Part shown: piece by piece, positions 1 to 14,305 of the stretch
Layout: each line of letters begins with the position of its first letter
Numbering within the stretch: the first letter of the stretch is position 1
Assembly: GCF_001194135.2 (NCBI RefSeq)
Contig: NC_069004.1
Coordinates: forward strand, 17,137,711 to 17,201,034
Length of the DNA stretch: 63,324 bases
From: Octopus bimaculoides
Lineage: Eukaryota
Direction: 5' to 3'
The notes under the pieces: model-generated
Seen by the model: the letters and a program-made list of their open reading frames with translations, nothing else
Databases searched by the model: none
What the model was told of the DNA's origin: nothing
Made by a program: the position numbers and the translations under genes

Positions 1-630
1 GTGTTATCTCTACGAGTCACCCGAGGGAAACATAACACATGAGTTGCGATGTCACTGGTGCCAAGCTGTTTCAGCCTTTGCCTTTCCCTTGGATAACATC
101 AGTGGCATGGAGAAGGGAGATTGGTATGCATGGGCGACTGCCAGCCTTTCATAAACAACTTTGCCCGAACTTGAGCCTCTGAGGGTAACTTTCTAGGTGC
201 AGTCCCATGGTCATTCATGACCGAAAGGGGTCTTTACCCTTTACCCTCTTTTGTGACAACTGACATAGATGGGCAGATGGATCATACATTTTGTTTGGAA
301 GATGAAAACATCTACTCTATGAAGACTGCAGCTGACAATACCACCATCACTCCTACTACGACAACATGGGTGTAGCCAGGATTTCAGTTGATGGGGTTTT
401 CAATTTTTAAAACAGATCTACCATTTGTCACCTAATTTGCAAAAGAACAATAAAATTAAAATAAATGCTTCATAATAATTACATTTGCATGAAGCTTTGA
501 AGTGGAGGGAAATTTGTCTGAACCTGTCAAACCACCTCACTTGGTTAAGAGGACAGGGTAGCCTGTACTACAGCTTCTGCTTTGGTAAGATTCTCTTAAT
601 ATTTATTAATAATTCATTCTTTGTTTTCAG

Positions 631-716
631 ACTCCTCAACTGGTGAATTCTTCAAAGGTAGAGAAATATAATGCCATTGCAGCTTCTGTCAATCATACGG
701 TGATGGTAACTGAAAG
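631..716 (+). CDS. IBTK: IBTK exon (RCC1 repeat), TPQLVNSSKVEKYNAIAASVNHTVMVTE
   Basis: ttttcag acceptor; AG|gttagt donor; phase 2 end joins 2658; RCC1 motif IAAxxxHT. Confidence 0.88.
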
Positions 717-2168
717 GTTAGTTCTTTCCACATTTATTTCAGTACTCTCACTAACCATAACCCCCCCCACACACACACACACACACGTATACCTGTGAGT
801 GTGTGTGTTTAAACGGCTATATAATGATGTACACACATTTCTTCTTTGTTTCTAATGTGCAGTCAAATTAGCATGAGAACTTCCTAATGGACATTTCACA
901 ATTTGTTGATTGTTCCTCTGAGAAAACATGCTCATCTCCTTCACCAACCAATAGCATAACTGCTATGTATAGCAGTAGGCAATTAAGCTACTAGCATGGC
1001 AGATGGTTTAATTGACATATTTGTCAATGCTATTTGTTTGAAAAAGAGATGAGTATATCAACATCTTCTCTGAGGAACAATCAATAGATTGTGAGGTGGT
1101 CCATCACTCAACTCCTATACCTTCTTTTCTCCACACGTGAAAAGCAAGGAAGAGATGTGTGTACATTCCTATGTAGTTCTTTATCACAACAAATGGTTTT
1201 TATAATTTTATTTATTTCAGTATTTATGATTCATACTCTGTGTGTGTGTGTGTGTCAAGGATCAACATCAGAAACAAAAGTTGGGTCTACAAGTACGACC
1301 CTGGGATGAAGCAACAGTCATCACAATTGAAGAAGGCAGCTCGGTCAAGACAGAAGGCAATGTATAATACATTTAACCTCTCTGCAATCTCTCGCACAGT
1401 TATATGACAATCAGATTCAATTATGACTTTGATTCAGTCATCATCAACTTCAGTAGGTCGACCAGAACGTTGGTCATCTTTGAATGAAAAATCTCCAGAA
1501 CAGATTTCTTAAAACCATTTTTGACATGTGCATTCTGTTAAGCAATCAACATCATAAACTTCACATATCTCTTTGTGAGCCTCAGCAGCTTTCTTGCCTT
1601 TATGGAAATAAAAAAGCAAAATACGGCAAAAATGTTCATTTTTGCACTCCACGTTAAAATTGACACTGAACTAATAGCTGTAAACAAAATCATGTGCAAT
1701 TTGCTTCTAAAGTAAGCTAAAAGTAACAGCTATCAAATGTCAAAAGAAAAAAATCATAAGTCATTCAAAAAAAATCATAACTCTGTTTGAAAAAACGAAA
1801 TTACTTTCTTGCCAACCCATACACTCTCGGAGTGGTTGGCGTTAGAAACTCTGCCAGATCAGATTGGAGCCTGGTGCAGCCATCTGGTTCGCCAGTCCTC
1901 AGTCACACCAGCCAACCCATGCCAGCATGGAAAGCGGAGGTTAAACGATGATGATGGTGATGAAATTTCATAAGACTGTTATCATGTAAACTTGATTATT
2001 TACCAATTTTTTTAGCATCACCATCTTCACATGTTTTTCCTTTCATCTGCATTTGGGAAGACTTCTATATAAAAAAAAAATGAAACCACGTGCTTTATAA
2101 TAAAGCAGTTACATGTGTTTTATTCTGAAATACAAATGCATAGTTGTACATGCATACATACATACATA

Positions 2169-2219
<51 letters not shown>

Positions 2220-5200
2220 ATTTTCCCTAAGTAAATACATACTGACATCCATACATCCATATACACCCCTGAACAGAGAGAGAGAGAGAGAGAGAGTCTA
2301 GAATATTTAAGAGAATAAAACACTGAGTGAAATTAATTCAGAATTAATGAGAAACATCAACTTCGAAAGCAACAACAATAATTAGAATTGATTTCACTAC
2401 AAGGAAGTGACCAAAATATCAATGACTGATATTATTTTGAATGTTTCAGCTGGTATGGGGAAGAACTGTGAACATGTTTTAGTCTTAATAGAATAGACTT
2501 CATTGAAAAGATTCCATTCAAAGAAAAACTTCATTGTACTAAAGTAGGAGAATCATTATGGAACTACAGTATACTAAATGATGTGGAAATTTGTGTTATT
2601 AATTTATTTGGAATTGGTAGTGTTGCTTACAATATTTACTTTTGTTTCTGTTCACAGAGGCAAAGTACATTCTTGTGGTTCAAATGAACATTTCCAGCTG
2701 GGGCAAAAACCTGTGCCTGCAAATTGCCTTATTCCTACACTTGTTTGTTTGAAAACCTCTCGTGTGATTGGAGCCTGTACAGGCCAGTACCATACTGTTG
2801 TCTTCACCCATGATGCTATCTATGCTGCTGGTTTCAATGGAGGACAGTTAGGTAAGTTTGAAAGGAGGACAATTGACTAAGTTTTGATAGGTTGATGGAG
2901 AAGTTGACTATGTTTTAATAAGGTGGAGCAAAAGGCAGATTTAAGTACAAGCATCCCTCAACTTAAATCAGCAATTGGTTCCAATGTGACTAACCTTAAA
3001 AAATAATGTAACACAAAAGTACATTTAAAAGAATTAGCTTATATCTGTTTGAATGAATAATTTGTACATACTTTCATATGTATTTTACTTGATTTTCCAC
3101 CTCAGTATTGGACTTTAAGTGTTTTTTAAGTTTATATGCTTTAAGTATTCAGATTTACTCTGTTAAATATAGTGTTTGTTTATTTATATTGTTTTGAATT
3201 AATCATGCATTATCTCATAGCTTTGAGATTTCAATGAAATGATTGTTTAGTTTTTGAATGTCATTGTATGATTGAGGTGAGAAACTGGATCCGGTCAGCT
3301 TCAGCATGAAACAGGTTAAATATTTTGGCCGGATATGGCCAGTTTGAATGCTAAATGGTTAAATATGTTTGCAGAGACTGATTTAAGGTTGAATAAATTG
3401 ACTGAAATGGAAGTTTATTTTTTCCTATTAATTTCTTAAAAAAATAAAATATGTTTGAAAATGACAAGTTGAAATTATGTAAGTTGAGGTATGCTTGTAT
3501 TTTGATTTTAATGGGGAACAATTGACTATTTTAATGGGTATTAACTGAGTGACTTTCAATGGCAGGAGAGGCAATTAGTTAATTTTTAATGATAAACAAT
3601 TGATGGGGTGACAATTTGGTAAGTTTTAATGGATGAGGTGAATAATTAAAATAGCTGTGTAGATTTTAATGAGATACAATTTGCCATGTTTTAACACATT
3701 ACAACTGAATAAGTTTTGTTATGAAAGCAATGGCTTTGTTTCAATAAAAAGAAATATTTTGGGTAAGTCTTAATGGGGTATAGTTGGGTATATTTTACCA
3801 AAAGACATTTAGATAAGTTTTCTTTACTGTTATTTTTGTTTTGCTTTCTGCTTTAACTGGAGACACTCTGTGCATTGTATACATGCAATGGCATAGACAA
3901 AATGGTATAGATAGGGTGTAGATACAGTGGCACTAAAGCAGATGCAGGAATATAAATGCATCAGTAAAAATATAAAGGTAAAACTTAAGTACAGAGTTGA
4001 GCTCAGCACAAAAGTAAGTACCAGGTTGTTCCTATCTTTTAAGTGAGTACCAAGTTGTGACCAGTTTATAAGTGAGGACCGAATTGTGCGTGCTTAGTGA
4101 GTATGTGATGATCAAGTTGAGCCCATCACTACACAACTATGTCCAGTAAATAACCATTTCTGTTCAGTGTCAGGGGAACAGATAAAACATTATTTGGTGT
4201 AGTATGTTATCACTCTGCTTTCTTCAATTCTGTGTTCTCTTATCTTTGAGGTCTTTAAAACCTCCAGACCACATTGTGTCTTCCTAGTTCACTATTTTTG
4301 TGCCTGGCCTGGAAAAACATTGATTCTGCATCCTCTCGACCAAGTGGCCCAGCAAAATTTTCACTATTTTTATGATGAGTCATCAAGAAACATCAGTATA
4401 GCCTATGACCACTGACTACTTCTAAGTCCTATGTCCTCTTCTCTTGTCGTGGAGGTCCAGCAAAATAGCAAATCTCATTGTGTCTCCCCTGTCTACTATA
4501 TATATATATATATATATATATTTCTTTTGTTGTATTCAGTCAGCAGGAAGCACTATTGGTCCAACATACAAATACCCCATTCTCCATCATTTCTATGTCT
4601 ACTCTTCTCATTTTTGTAGCCTGACAAAACACACCAAATCTAATTGCATTTCCCAATTTTTTTCCATGACAGGTCCACTGAAAGGAGAACATTATCAGAA
4701 GCAATTCTATCTAATACTTGATCTCTTAAAACTTGACCAAACAGTCAAGTGTGTTGAAAGTTCTGATGCGGCAACTGTCTGCCTCTCTAAAAATGGGCAT
4801 GTTTATGTTTTCCATGAATTTCTGTCTCGGAAAATCACATCAGAGTAAGTGATTATACATCAGTTTGGTGTTATTATTTGTTGTTGTTGTTGTAGCTGCT
4901 GCTGTTGCTGCTGTTGTACTGAATCTTCTGAATGATGGTCATCTATGCTAAATGGAATACCTACTTACAAAAGCATTCCAGCTGTGACCATTTTAATTTG
5001 GATTCCATTGTTCAAAGGGTTCTCTTTCGGTGGCAGTAGTATTCTGATTCAAAGGAATTTATCTGCTATTTCTAGCAATTTGAGGCTGCATTCCTAGCTT
5101 GTACAGGCTCTGCTCAAGTAGCCATATCATCAAAGTTGTTCCAGCCATGATCATCCTGTCTGACTATTTGACTTAGTGTTTCAAGGACTACATTATCCAA

Positions 5201-8200
5201 TGAGACTTCATTTTAAAAACTATCACATGCAATTTAGAGGAGGTTTAACTGCTGTATATATTGAAAGGTTTGTTGCTGTTTGACTTCAAGTCAGCCTTGA
5301 ATGAGCAAACCTATGATTAAAGTTGTTCCAGCCATGACCATCCCTTTAGTGTATCCAGCACTACATTATTTAATGTCCTTTTTTTCGTGTGATTTGAGGG
5401 AGGTTTTATTGCTATTTAGCCCCAGGCCAGTCTTCACCAAGCAAACTGATGAGCAAAGATGTTTCATTAATGACCATCCAATATTTTTTGAGCATATTTA
5501 GGGTTACTTCATCTAATTTAAAGGGTAAAGATACGAAGTAATATCCACATTTCACCACCATTACCACATGTCTCACCATGTGGTAATGTGTCTCACTATC
5601 GTCACCACATATCTCACCACTGTTGCCACATGTCTCAACACGATTGCCACATGTCACTATACCATTGCCATTATTGGTTTCAGAATTTGGCACAAGATCA
5701 GGGAGTTCAGGGAGGGGACATGTCGATATCATCAACTCCAGTACTCAGCTAGTACTTATATTATCAGCCCCAAAAGATTGAAAAGCAAAGCTGGCTTTGA
5801 CAGAATTTGAACTCAGAACATAAAGATGGGTGGAATGCTGCTAAGCATTTTACCCTGTATGTTAATGATTCTGCAAGCTCACCACCTATTGCCATTATTG
5901 TCACATGTCACTGTATTCTTGCCACTTGTCACCATTTCCACATCAACCAGTAATTCCATGCTTCTGTTATATTATAGTTTGAACCTTGCCACGAGAATCA
6001 CTTTGATTGGAGGAACCCTGAGCTTGGAACATTTAAATACATCCTCATCTTCATCCAGTTCCAGTTTGTTTCCAAATTCTCACCTTGTTATTCTAATATT
6101 TTGTAAAAGTCAAAAAAGGGTAAAACATTTTATTTCTTTTTTATTCTTCTTCAACTCTTTCACCTAATTCAGTTGTTGCACTTTTGAAGGGTTTACATGA
6201 TCATATCAACCCTAGTATTATTTAAAATCAGATACTTATTTTATGAATATCTGTTTGTCAAACTGTTAGGTTACAAACAATACTGCTTAATTAAGCTGTA
6301 TAAAAACAAATACATGCACACATATTAACATCACTATCATCCTTTTAATGTCTTCTTTTCTATACCCACAAGATATTGGTCAGTCCAACACTATGACTAG
6401 AAACACATACTCAAAGTGTCATGCTATAGGACTCAGCTACAAACTATGTGCTTGTGAAGTAAACTTAAATGCTTTAAAGTATTTAGTTAAAGCTCTTTAT
6501 GCTCTGAATTCATATCCCTCTGAGATTCATTTTATCTTTTATTATCCCAGAAAGGGACAGTGAAGTACTAGAGTTTATAAAATTAGCTGCCCCTCCCCTC
6601 AGATTTGAGACTTTTTGCTTAAGTTAGATATATGGCAGACATGACACTTGAGCATCTCTTGTTATTGTTTAACCCTGGGTCAGCCATGATCAAGTACATT
6701 ATGATGAAAAAATTTTCTCACCATGATCATCCCGTCTGTTTTCAGATAATAGGTTATCCTAGACTACAGTATCCAACCTAATTGAAAGTGAGACTGAAAG
6801 TAGACTTGGCTGCTGTTTCTAACAGATTGAGGCAACTTTGAAGATCACCTCTCTTTTGTCAGTGTTGTTTCTGAGTCAACCCTGACCGAGCAAACATATG
6901 AACTAATGTGCTCCAGTCATGCTCATCTCATCTTTTTGGTCATGTATATAACTATATTAAATGATGAATACTTCCTATATTGAAGACAATTAGATGTGAG
7001 CTGAGAGATTTGTTTTCTATTTCTATATGAAGCAACTACTGTTATGTAACATTGATGATAACAGCAACAAGAGTTTTTTTTTTCCATTCTCTCTGCTTTT
7101 CAGGTTTGTATCTGGTGGTCAAATACTCCCGTCATAAAATACTGTCGGTTTGATTTGTGTGATTTCAATGTGATGGATATATGTTTGAGTAAGTGCAATA
7201 TTGGTATTGTCACAACTAAAGGAGAAACTTATATTGGCAAGTGGAAAAAAACACAAGTGACTTCCAAAGAAAAATGTGAGTACTATTGTGCCATGCAAGT
7301 TTTTGTAGCACTCTTCTGTTTCCACTCTTCTGCCTGATCTTGTGATTCTTTTGCAGGTTGGCATTGAGCACTGCTCATGCATCTGGCCATTATTTTGTGT
7401 TTCTGCATTGATATGAGGAGGAGCATTTGTTGGACTGGTATTAGGTACCAGTCTCTTCGGAGGTGTGGGTTCACATCCCACTGCTTCCACCATATTGTGT
7501 CATGCAGGTACTACAATAATGCGATGCAGAGTGGTTGGTTGTTTATTTGACTATTGTTACGCCAGCCACCGAGCTGGCCCGCCTTTTATCTGTGACAGCG
7601 TATTTAACAATGGGAAACTAAGTACATTTAGTTTCGTATCATTACAACAAGTACTGCAGCAAATGAATTTTATTTATCTTTTTCTTGTTATTGTTTCATT
7701 TTTTCTTTTTGCTGCATTTTAAAATACTTTGAAAAAATTTCGTCGCATCATCTCACTTCACCTTCCACTTTCTGATACCACCTATAATGGGTTGGTTAAT
7801 TCTCAATAATCCTGCTAGATTTTTACATGATGAAGAAGAAAAAGATGAAATGGGGTCCCCTTTTATGAATAGATATACCTTCCTATCATTGATTCATAAT
7901 ATGCTATTATCAGCACTGCCATCATTGTAGAAGCAATTCACTGCTGTAAGCAGTAAACAGAGTCAGTAGTGTGAATTTGATGAGTGCTTCACTTAATTTC
8001 CATTGCTCAACTCAGTTCTTTCTGCAAGTGAAGCCTGGAGAGGTGTGGGTTCCCTGCAAGCTTGTTTACTCTTCAAACTGCTTTGATGGAAATTTTTGAA
8101 AGGACCTCAAAATGACACAGAAGTTTAAGGGTTTCACCTAATGTGAGCCACTGAACCTTCTTGAAAAAATCTGGAAGGAATGTGAAAGCGGAGAAAGGAA

Positions 8201-9953
8201 AGTTGGGTGTTAAGTATATTTACCCAGGCAAGAAAGTATGTCAGAGAAAACTGAAATGCCTTTGGGGAGAAGTATATTAGGAATGATTGAGGCACACTTA
8301 TCCATTGTACTGATGACAAGAAAGAAGCATGGAAGTGCTGTTGTTATGAGAGGTTGCTGATTGAGGAGAGTGTGTATGGGAGAATGAATGTTGACCCACC
8401 AGTGGGACTGGAAATACAAATGGACAGCAGTATGGTAGATAGAGTGATTAAAGAATGGAAGGAATACTGCTGACCCATCAGAGATTTTTGCCAAGATACT
8501 CAGAATATCTGGTCTGGTAGGATACATGCTGGTTACCCAAATAGTTAACCAGGAAGGTGTTGTACCCAATGAGTGGTGTAATAGCATCACTGCTATAAGG
8601 ACAAACTAAATGCTTTAGAGTGAGAAAATTACATATGCATCAAATTGTTGAACCAGGTTATGAAGGTCACAGTAGCACAATAATCTGGATCAGAACTAGT
8701 CTGACTGAGATGCAGTTCAGCTTTTGTGCCCAGGAAAAGTACCACAGATACAAATGCCTTCTTCCTCATGTAGCAAAGTACTTCTAAGTACATTTAGTAT
8801 TTGTTGACTTGAAGGCTTTTGACAGGATATGCCGTGCTTAGTAATATGAGGATCACTAAGGAAACAAGGTACACAAATGGTTTGTGAGGGCTTCACAAAC
8901 TATGTACAAAGATGCTGTGATTAAAGTTAGAGTTAGAATGAGTCCAGTGATGAATTTAGTGTGATGGTAGAAGTCCGTCAAAGTTCATTCCTCAAGTGTC
9001 TCTTATTCATCTTAGTCCTGCAAAGCTGTCCTTGAGAACTTCTATATGTGGATGATCAAGTTCTTCTAGCTGAATCTATAGCAGAGTTAGAGAAGAAATT
9101 CCAGCCATGGATGGAAAAAAAGATAGAACTGAGAGGCCTCAAAGTAAACTTAGCCGAGAGTAAAGTTAGTAAACGGAAAAGAAGGTAAGACCCTGGTACC
9201 ACCAGAGAAATGGCCTGGCTCGATATTTACTGAAGTATTTAGCAAGGCTGCAATGACATAATGGTTTATGGCTCTCACCATCATAACCTACCAAATCATC
9301 CTGACATTGATGTGGGGTGGGGTATATATGGCGTTATCCAAGTTAGCTCCACTCAAGCAAGACTTATTGTCATCTCCACTTAGGTATTATTTTGAAAAGA
9401 TCGATCAAACATAACATGAGTAACTCACTAGAGAAATGGCCTTGCTCGATATGCAGAAAAGGAGTAGGTAGTAACTATGCCCAGAATAAGCTATGGACAC
9501 AACGTGGTGAAGTGGAATCACAGGTAGACTAACAGAGAAAGCAGGCTTTCTATGTGGCAGATGCACTGAGGCAGCATGCACTAAGAACAGGCAAGATATA
9601 GACTCTCTTAAATGCCTGACTGGCTTACTGGAAGTTGTGGATAGGTTCTGTTACCTAGGTGACATAATAGGCAGTGCAGGTGGAAGTATATTACCTAGGG
9701 TAAGAAGTGATTGGACAAAGACAGGGACTATTACTTCTACTGGCAACAAAGGCATTCTCTCTCAAAGTGAAGAGCATCATACAAATGATGTTTGAAAAAT
9801 ATGTTTGGCAGGGAGAAATGTTACTTTGCTTGGAAACAGATGAGGGTGGGTAACAGGAAGGGCATTCAGTCATAGAAAATCTGCCTCAACAAATTCTGTC
9901 TGATGCATTCAAACATAAAAAATTAAACATTAAAACGATGACAACCATCATCA

Positions 9954-9987
<34 letters not shown>

Positions 9988-9998
9988 GTGTGTATGTG

Positions 9999-10032
<34 letters not shown>

Positions 10033-12621
10033 CATGTATTGTGTTTGAATCAGTTCTAGTTAGCCCTGTCCAAGTAAATTCTGTTCAGCTGCTCTCAGGT
10101 GTAATGAAGTGGTAGGTTCATTAAAACATGAGATGAAATACTTTGTAGTATTTGTTCTGACTCTGATTTCAAATCTCACCAGGTCAAGTTTGCCTTTCAG
10201 GGATAAAATAAAGAACCAGCCTATAACTACTGTAATTCATTTTAATGCAATTGTCTAATATACTTTCTACTTCGTTTTATCCTGAAAGGAGGAAAAGTAA
10301 GGTAGACCTAAGCAGAGAGTTGGAAAAGATACAAGGAGCCATTTTGTCCTATGCTCTAATGCCAACCAATTTGTACACCTAATGCAGTGGGTTGTTTTAA
10401 TTAAGGTGTGATTTGACTATTTTTACCCAGTTGAGCATCCACGTAGCACTTTCTTTTGGAAAGTTAAAGAGTCCAGCAAACTTATTTATTCCTTATTGTT
10501 TACTGACTTCAATATCAAATGTTTAAGGAGGGCTGCAATGACATAATGGTTTATGGCTCTCACCACCATAACCTGCCAAATCATCCTGACATTGATGTGG
10601 GAGAGGTATATATAGTGTTGTTAAGCAGGCTACATTCAAGTTAGCCCCACTCAAGCAAGACTTATTATAGTATTGAAAATATTGATCAACACCTACATGA
10701 GTAGCTAACCATGACCAATGCCCCAGATGTGTCCTTCAATGAGTTCGGGAGTACTGGGAGTACTGGAATTGTGAAAGACATTGTGTGGGGTGTAATGTGG
10801 TATGAGGGACAAGTTGTATGGAATGTAGTTTTGTAGTGAGTACATGTCTTGGGTGTAGTGTGGTAGTGATAACATGTATGCAGTGTAGTATGGTATTGGG
10901 TATTTGTTGTGTAGTGTAGTAGTTAATGTGGACTGGAATGTAGTAGTAAAGACATTGTATGGAGTGTAGTGTTGTTGTGTAGTAGATTTGTGAAGGTATG
11001 TGTAAGTGTACTGTAGTTGTGTGATTAGTAACAGTGACTTGGTGTGCGAGGTATAGTATGATAGTAAGAACATGCTGTATGGAGTATAGCATGGTAATGA
11101 GGATAGAGTGTTGGGGTATAGCTGCTTGTTGGTAGTGGTGGAGGAGGTGGAGGAAAATATTTCCATTATATATACAAAATATTTCTCCTCTATTGTCTAT
11201 CAAACATTTCTCACATGATTTATGCCAATATTTTTACCAGAACATCTTTCAAATAACTTCATCCAATATTCATTGTTCTACCAAGGAAGGAGGAATTTCA
11301 ACCATGTTTCGTGGTCTGCTACCACAACAGCTCCTTTATAGGATCCAGTTAGCTCAAGACATCATCAGGAGGAACCACGTCCGGTTTCGGCCTCTACCAA
11401 GTCTCTACTAATACTTATATCTATATTTCTATTATGATATCTACCAACCAATGGTTTGTCATATCTAACAATATTTCTATCAATACTTCTACATATAATT
11501 TTTGCAGCTCCTCTGAAGGAGACTCGGGTTCCATCCAAAGGCAGTTCCCTGAAGAAAATCATGACTGAACATCTTCACATGAAGCGCCTTCCTTACATCC
11601 ATCGAGCTACACATCTTGCCATAAGCCATGATGAGAAGAACTTTGTTGTAACCCAAACTGATCCTTTTGCAAGGTTTCTAATAACCCTTCTTTTTATGCC
11701 TCAGCATTTTTTCTTTCAGCCATGATGGTGATAGAAGAATTACTTGTACATATATATTAAGTTAAGAAATTTGCACATTGTGGGAGCAATTTGTTTTTAC
11801 AGCTGGGCACCACTCCTACCATCAGTTACTGCGTTGTTATGTAAAAGTATGCCTTTGGTTGCAATCCTCTGGCTATAATTAAATGCATTTTGGGGTCATT
11901 TTTAGCCAGGTCTTTCAGCACCATTTTTGTCTAAATTCCATTTTTAGGCAAAAAAAACCCAAAAAAAAACATGAGTAGTGTGTATGGCAACTTTGAATAA
12001 TCTTTTTGATTCATAAGGCCACCAGCACAACCAGAATCTCAGGATTAATTCAGGAATGTTCAGCTTGCAAAAACAATAGCATTCAGCAGACAATTAATCG
12101 ATGATTACTCTAAGAATTGAAGACATCATATTTGAAAGCCTTGTAACATATTCAATTACCTCCTGACTAATGGCCATGACTTCAATACCAGGTAACAAGT
12201 ACAGGCTTGAACATTATGAATAAATGTGAATGTTGATGTGTAATACAACTAAAGGCTAATAATATTTCTATATATCACATGATGCAATATCACAAAAAAA
12301 AAAAAAAAATCAATATTAGTTCAAAGCTGGGATCCTTTTTTTATTCTTGAGAAAGGTGTGAACATTACCCATTTCCCTTTATCAACCCTCCCCCAATAAA
12401 TTTCATGTTTTCTGCTTAAGAAAATATTCTAACATAGAAAATATAGTCTCTAATATGCACAGGCATGGGTGTGTGGTAAAAAGTTTACTTTCCAAGCCAT
12501 GTGGTTTCAGGTTCAATCCCACTGCATGGCACCATGGGCAAGTGCCTTTTACTATTGTCCTAGACCTACCAAAGCCTTGTGAGTGGATTTGGAAGATGGA
12601 AACTGAAAGAAGCTTGTTATG

Positions 12622-12665
<44 letters not shown>

Positions 12666-14269
12666 TACATATGTGTGTGTGTGTGCGTATATATGTATGT
12701 ATGTACATAAATGTATATATCTTTGTGGTTGTCCCCTACCATAACTGGTGTTGGTTTGTTTATGCCCCCATAATTTAGCAGTTCAGCATGAGAGAAAAGA
12801 AATAAGTCCTGGGGTTGATTCTTTTCATTAAAACTCTTTAAAGCGGTGCCCCAACATGGCCACACTCCAATGACTGAGACAAGTAAACAATAAAAGATAA
12901 TCACCAGNNNNNNNNNNTCACCAGCATCATCTATATCTTTTTTCCATGCTGGCATGGATTGGACTGGTTGTTATGAACCAAGTCATTTCTTATTTAAAGT
13001 TAATGACTTCCAAGATAGGTCAGAGAATATATCTCACTTCTATGTTCCATTTTTGGCATATTTTCCAATGGTAGGGTGGCTTTCTCATCACCTACCAATT
13101 TGTAATGGATGCAGTTTATCAGGGTACCATCTTCAAGAATTTTAGTCTTTCATGTTGATTCCTGCACATATCTCGCTCTTGTAGTTATTTCATCAATTTC
13201 TATTTATTGAATCACTAAGTTATGCTTCAAGCATAAAGGGATGCAACTTGACACTGGTTTGCACAGTAAACACACACACACACTCACACACACTCACACA
13301 CACACACACTCACACACACACACACACACACATACACACACACACACACACACACATTGTGTAGCAAGATAAGGAATTATATGATTCACCTCATAGTTGT
13401 TTGGTTTGACCACCACATAAACATACACTGCACCGCAAAAGAAACGCGAGTCATTTGGCCACTCTGCGGCTACTTTAGAAGACAATTATCCATGGAACTT
13501 GACTGGANNNNNNNNNNNNNNNNNNNNNNNNNNNNNNNNNNNNNNNNNNNNNNNNNNNNNNNNNNNNNNNNNNNNNNNNNNNNNNNNNNNNNNNNNNNNN
13601 NNNNNNNNNNNNNNNNNNNNNNNNNNNNNNNNNNNNNNNNNNNNNNNNNNNNNNNNNNNNNNNNNNNNNNNNNNNNNNNNNNNNNNNNNNNNNNNNNNNN
13701 NNNNNNNNNNNNNNNNNNNNNNNNNNNNNNNNNNNNNNNNNNNNNNNNNNNNNNNNNNNNNNNNNNNNNNNNNNNNNNNNNNNNNNNNNNNNNNNNNNNN
13801 NNNNNNNNNNNNNNNNNNNNNNNNNNNNNNNNNNNNNNNNNNNNNNNNNNNNNNNNNNNNNNNNNNNNNNNNNNNNNNNNNNNNNNNNNNNNNNNNNNNN
13901 NNNNNNNNNNNNNNNNNNNNNNNNNNNNNNNNNNNNNNNNNNNNNNNNNNNNNNNNNNNNNNNNNNNNNNNNNNNNNNNNNNNNNNNNNNNNNNNNNNNN
14001 NNNNNNNNNNNNNNNNNNNNNNNNNNNNNNNNNNNNNNNNNNNNNNNNNNNNNNNNNNNNNNNNNNNNNNNNNNNNNNNNNNNNNNNNNNNNNNNNNNNN
14101 NNNNNNNNNNNNNNNNNNNNNNNNNNNNNNNNNNNNNNNNNNNNNNNNNNNNNNNNNNNACAATGGACACGAGTTAGAATACGAACAATAATAAATGAAT
14201 GAAGAATGAATACAGAGTGCATGTGTTTATTTGGCAAAAAAAATAATAATAACCGTCCCAAAATACAAC

Positions 14270-14305
<36 letters not shown>

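Noticed and set aside
2113-2323. ORFs with THTH/CVCV/YIYI runs (also 12403-12955, 26004-26442, 54056-54572 and others)
   Set aside because: Translations of (CA)n/(TA)n microsatellites
9227-9429. Intronic snoRNA candidate
   Set aside because: No properly placed C/D or H/ACA boxes or terminal stem on either strand
10705-11203. Two overlapping ~155-aa Tyr/Thr/His-rich ORFs
   Set aside because: Produced by a degenerate minisatellite; no domain signature
12901-12924. Duplicated sequence on both sides of 10-N gaps (also 16757, 26167, 26753, 46987)
   Set aside because: Overlapping contig ends, an assembly artefact
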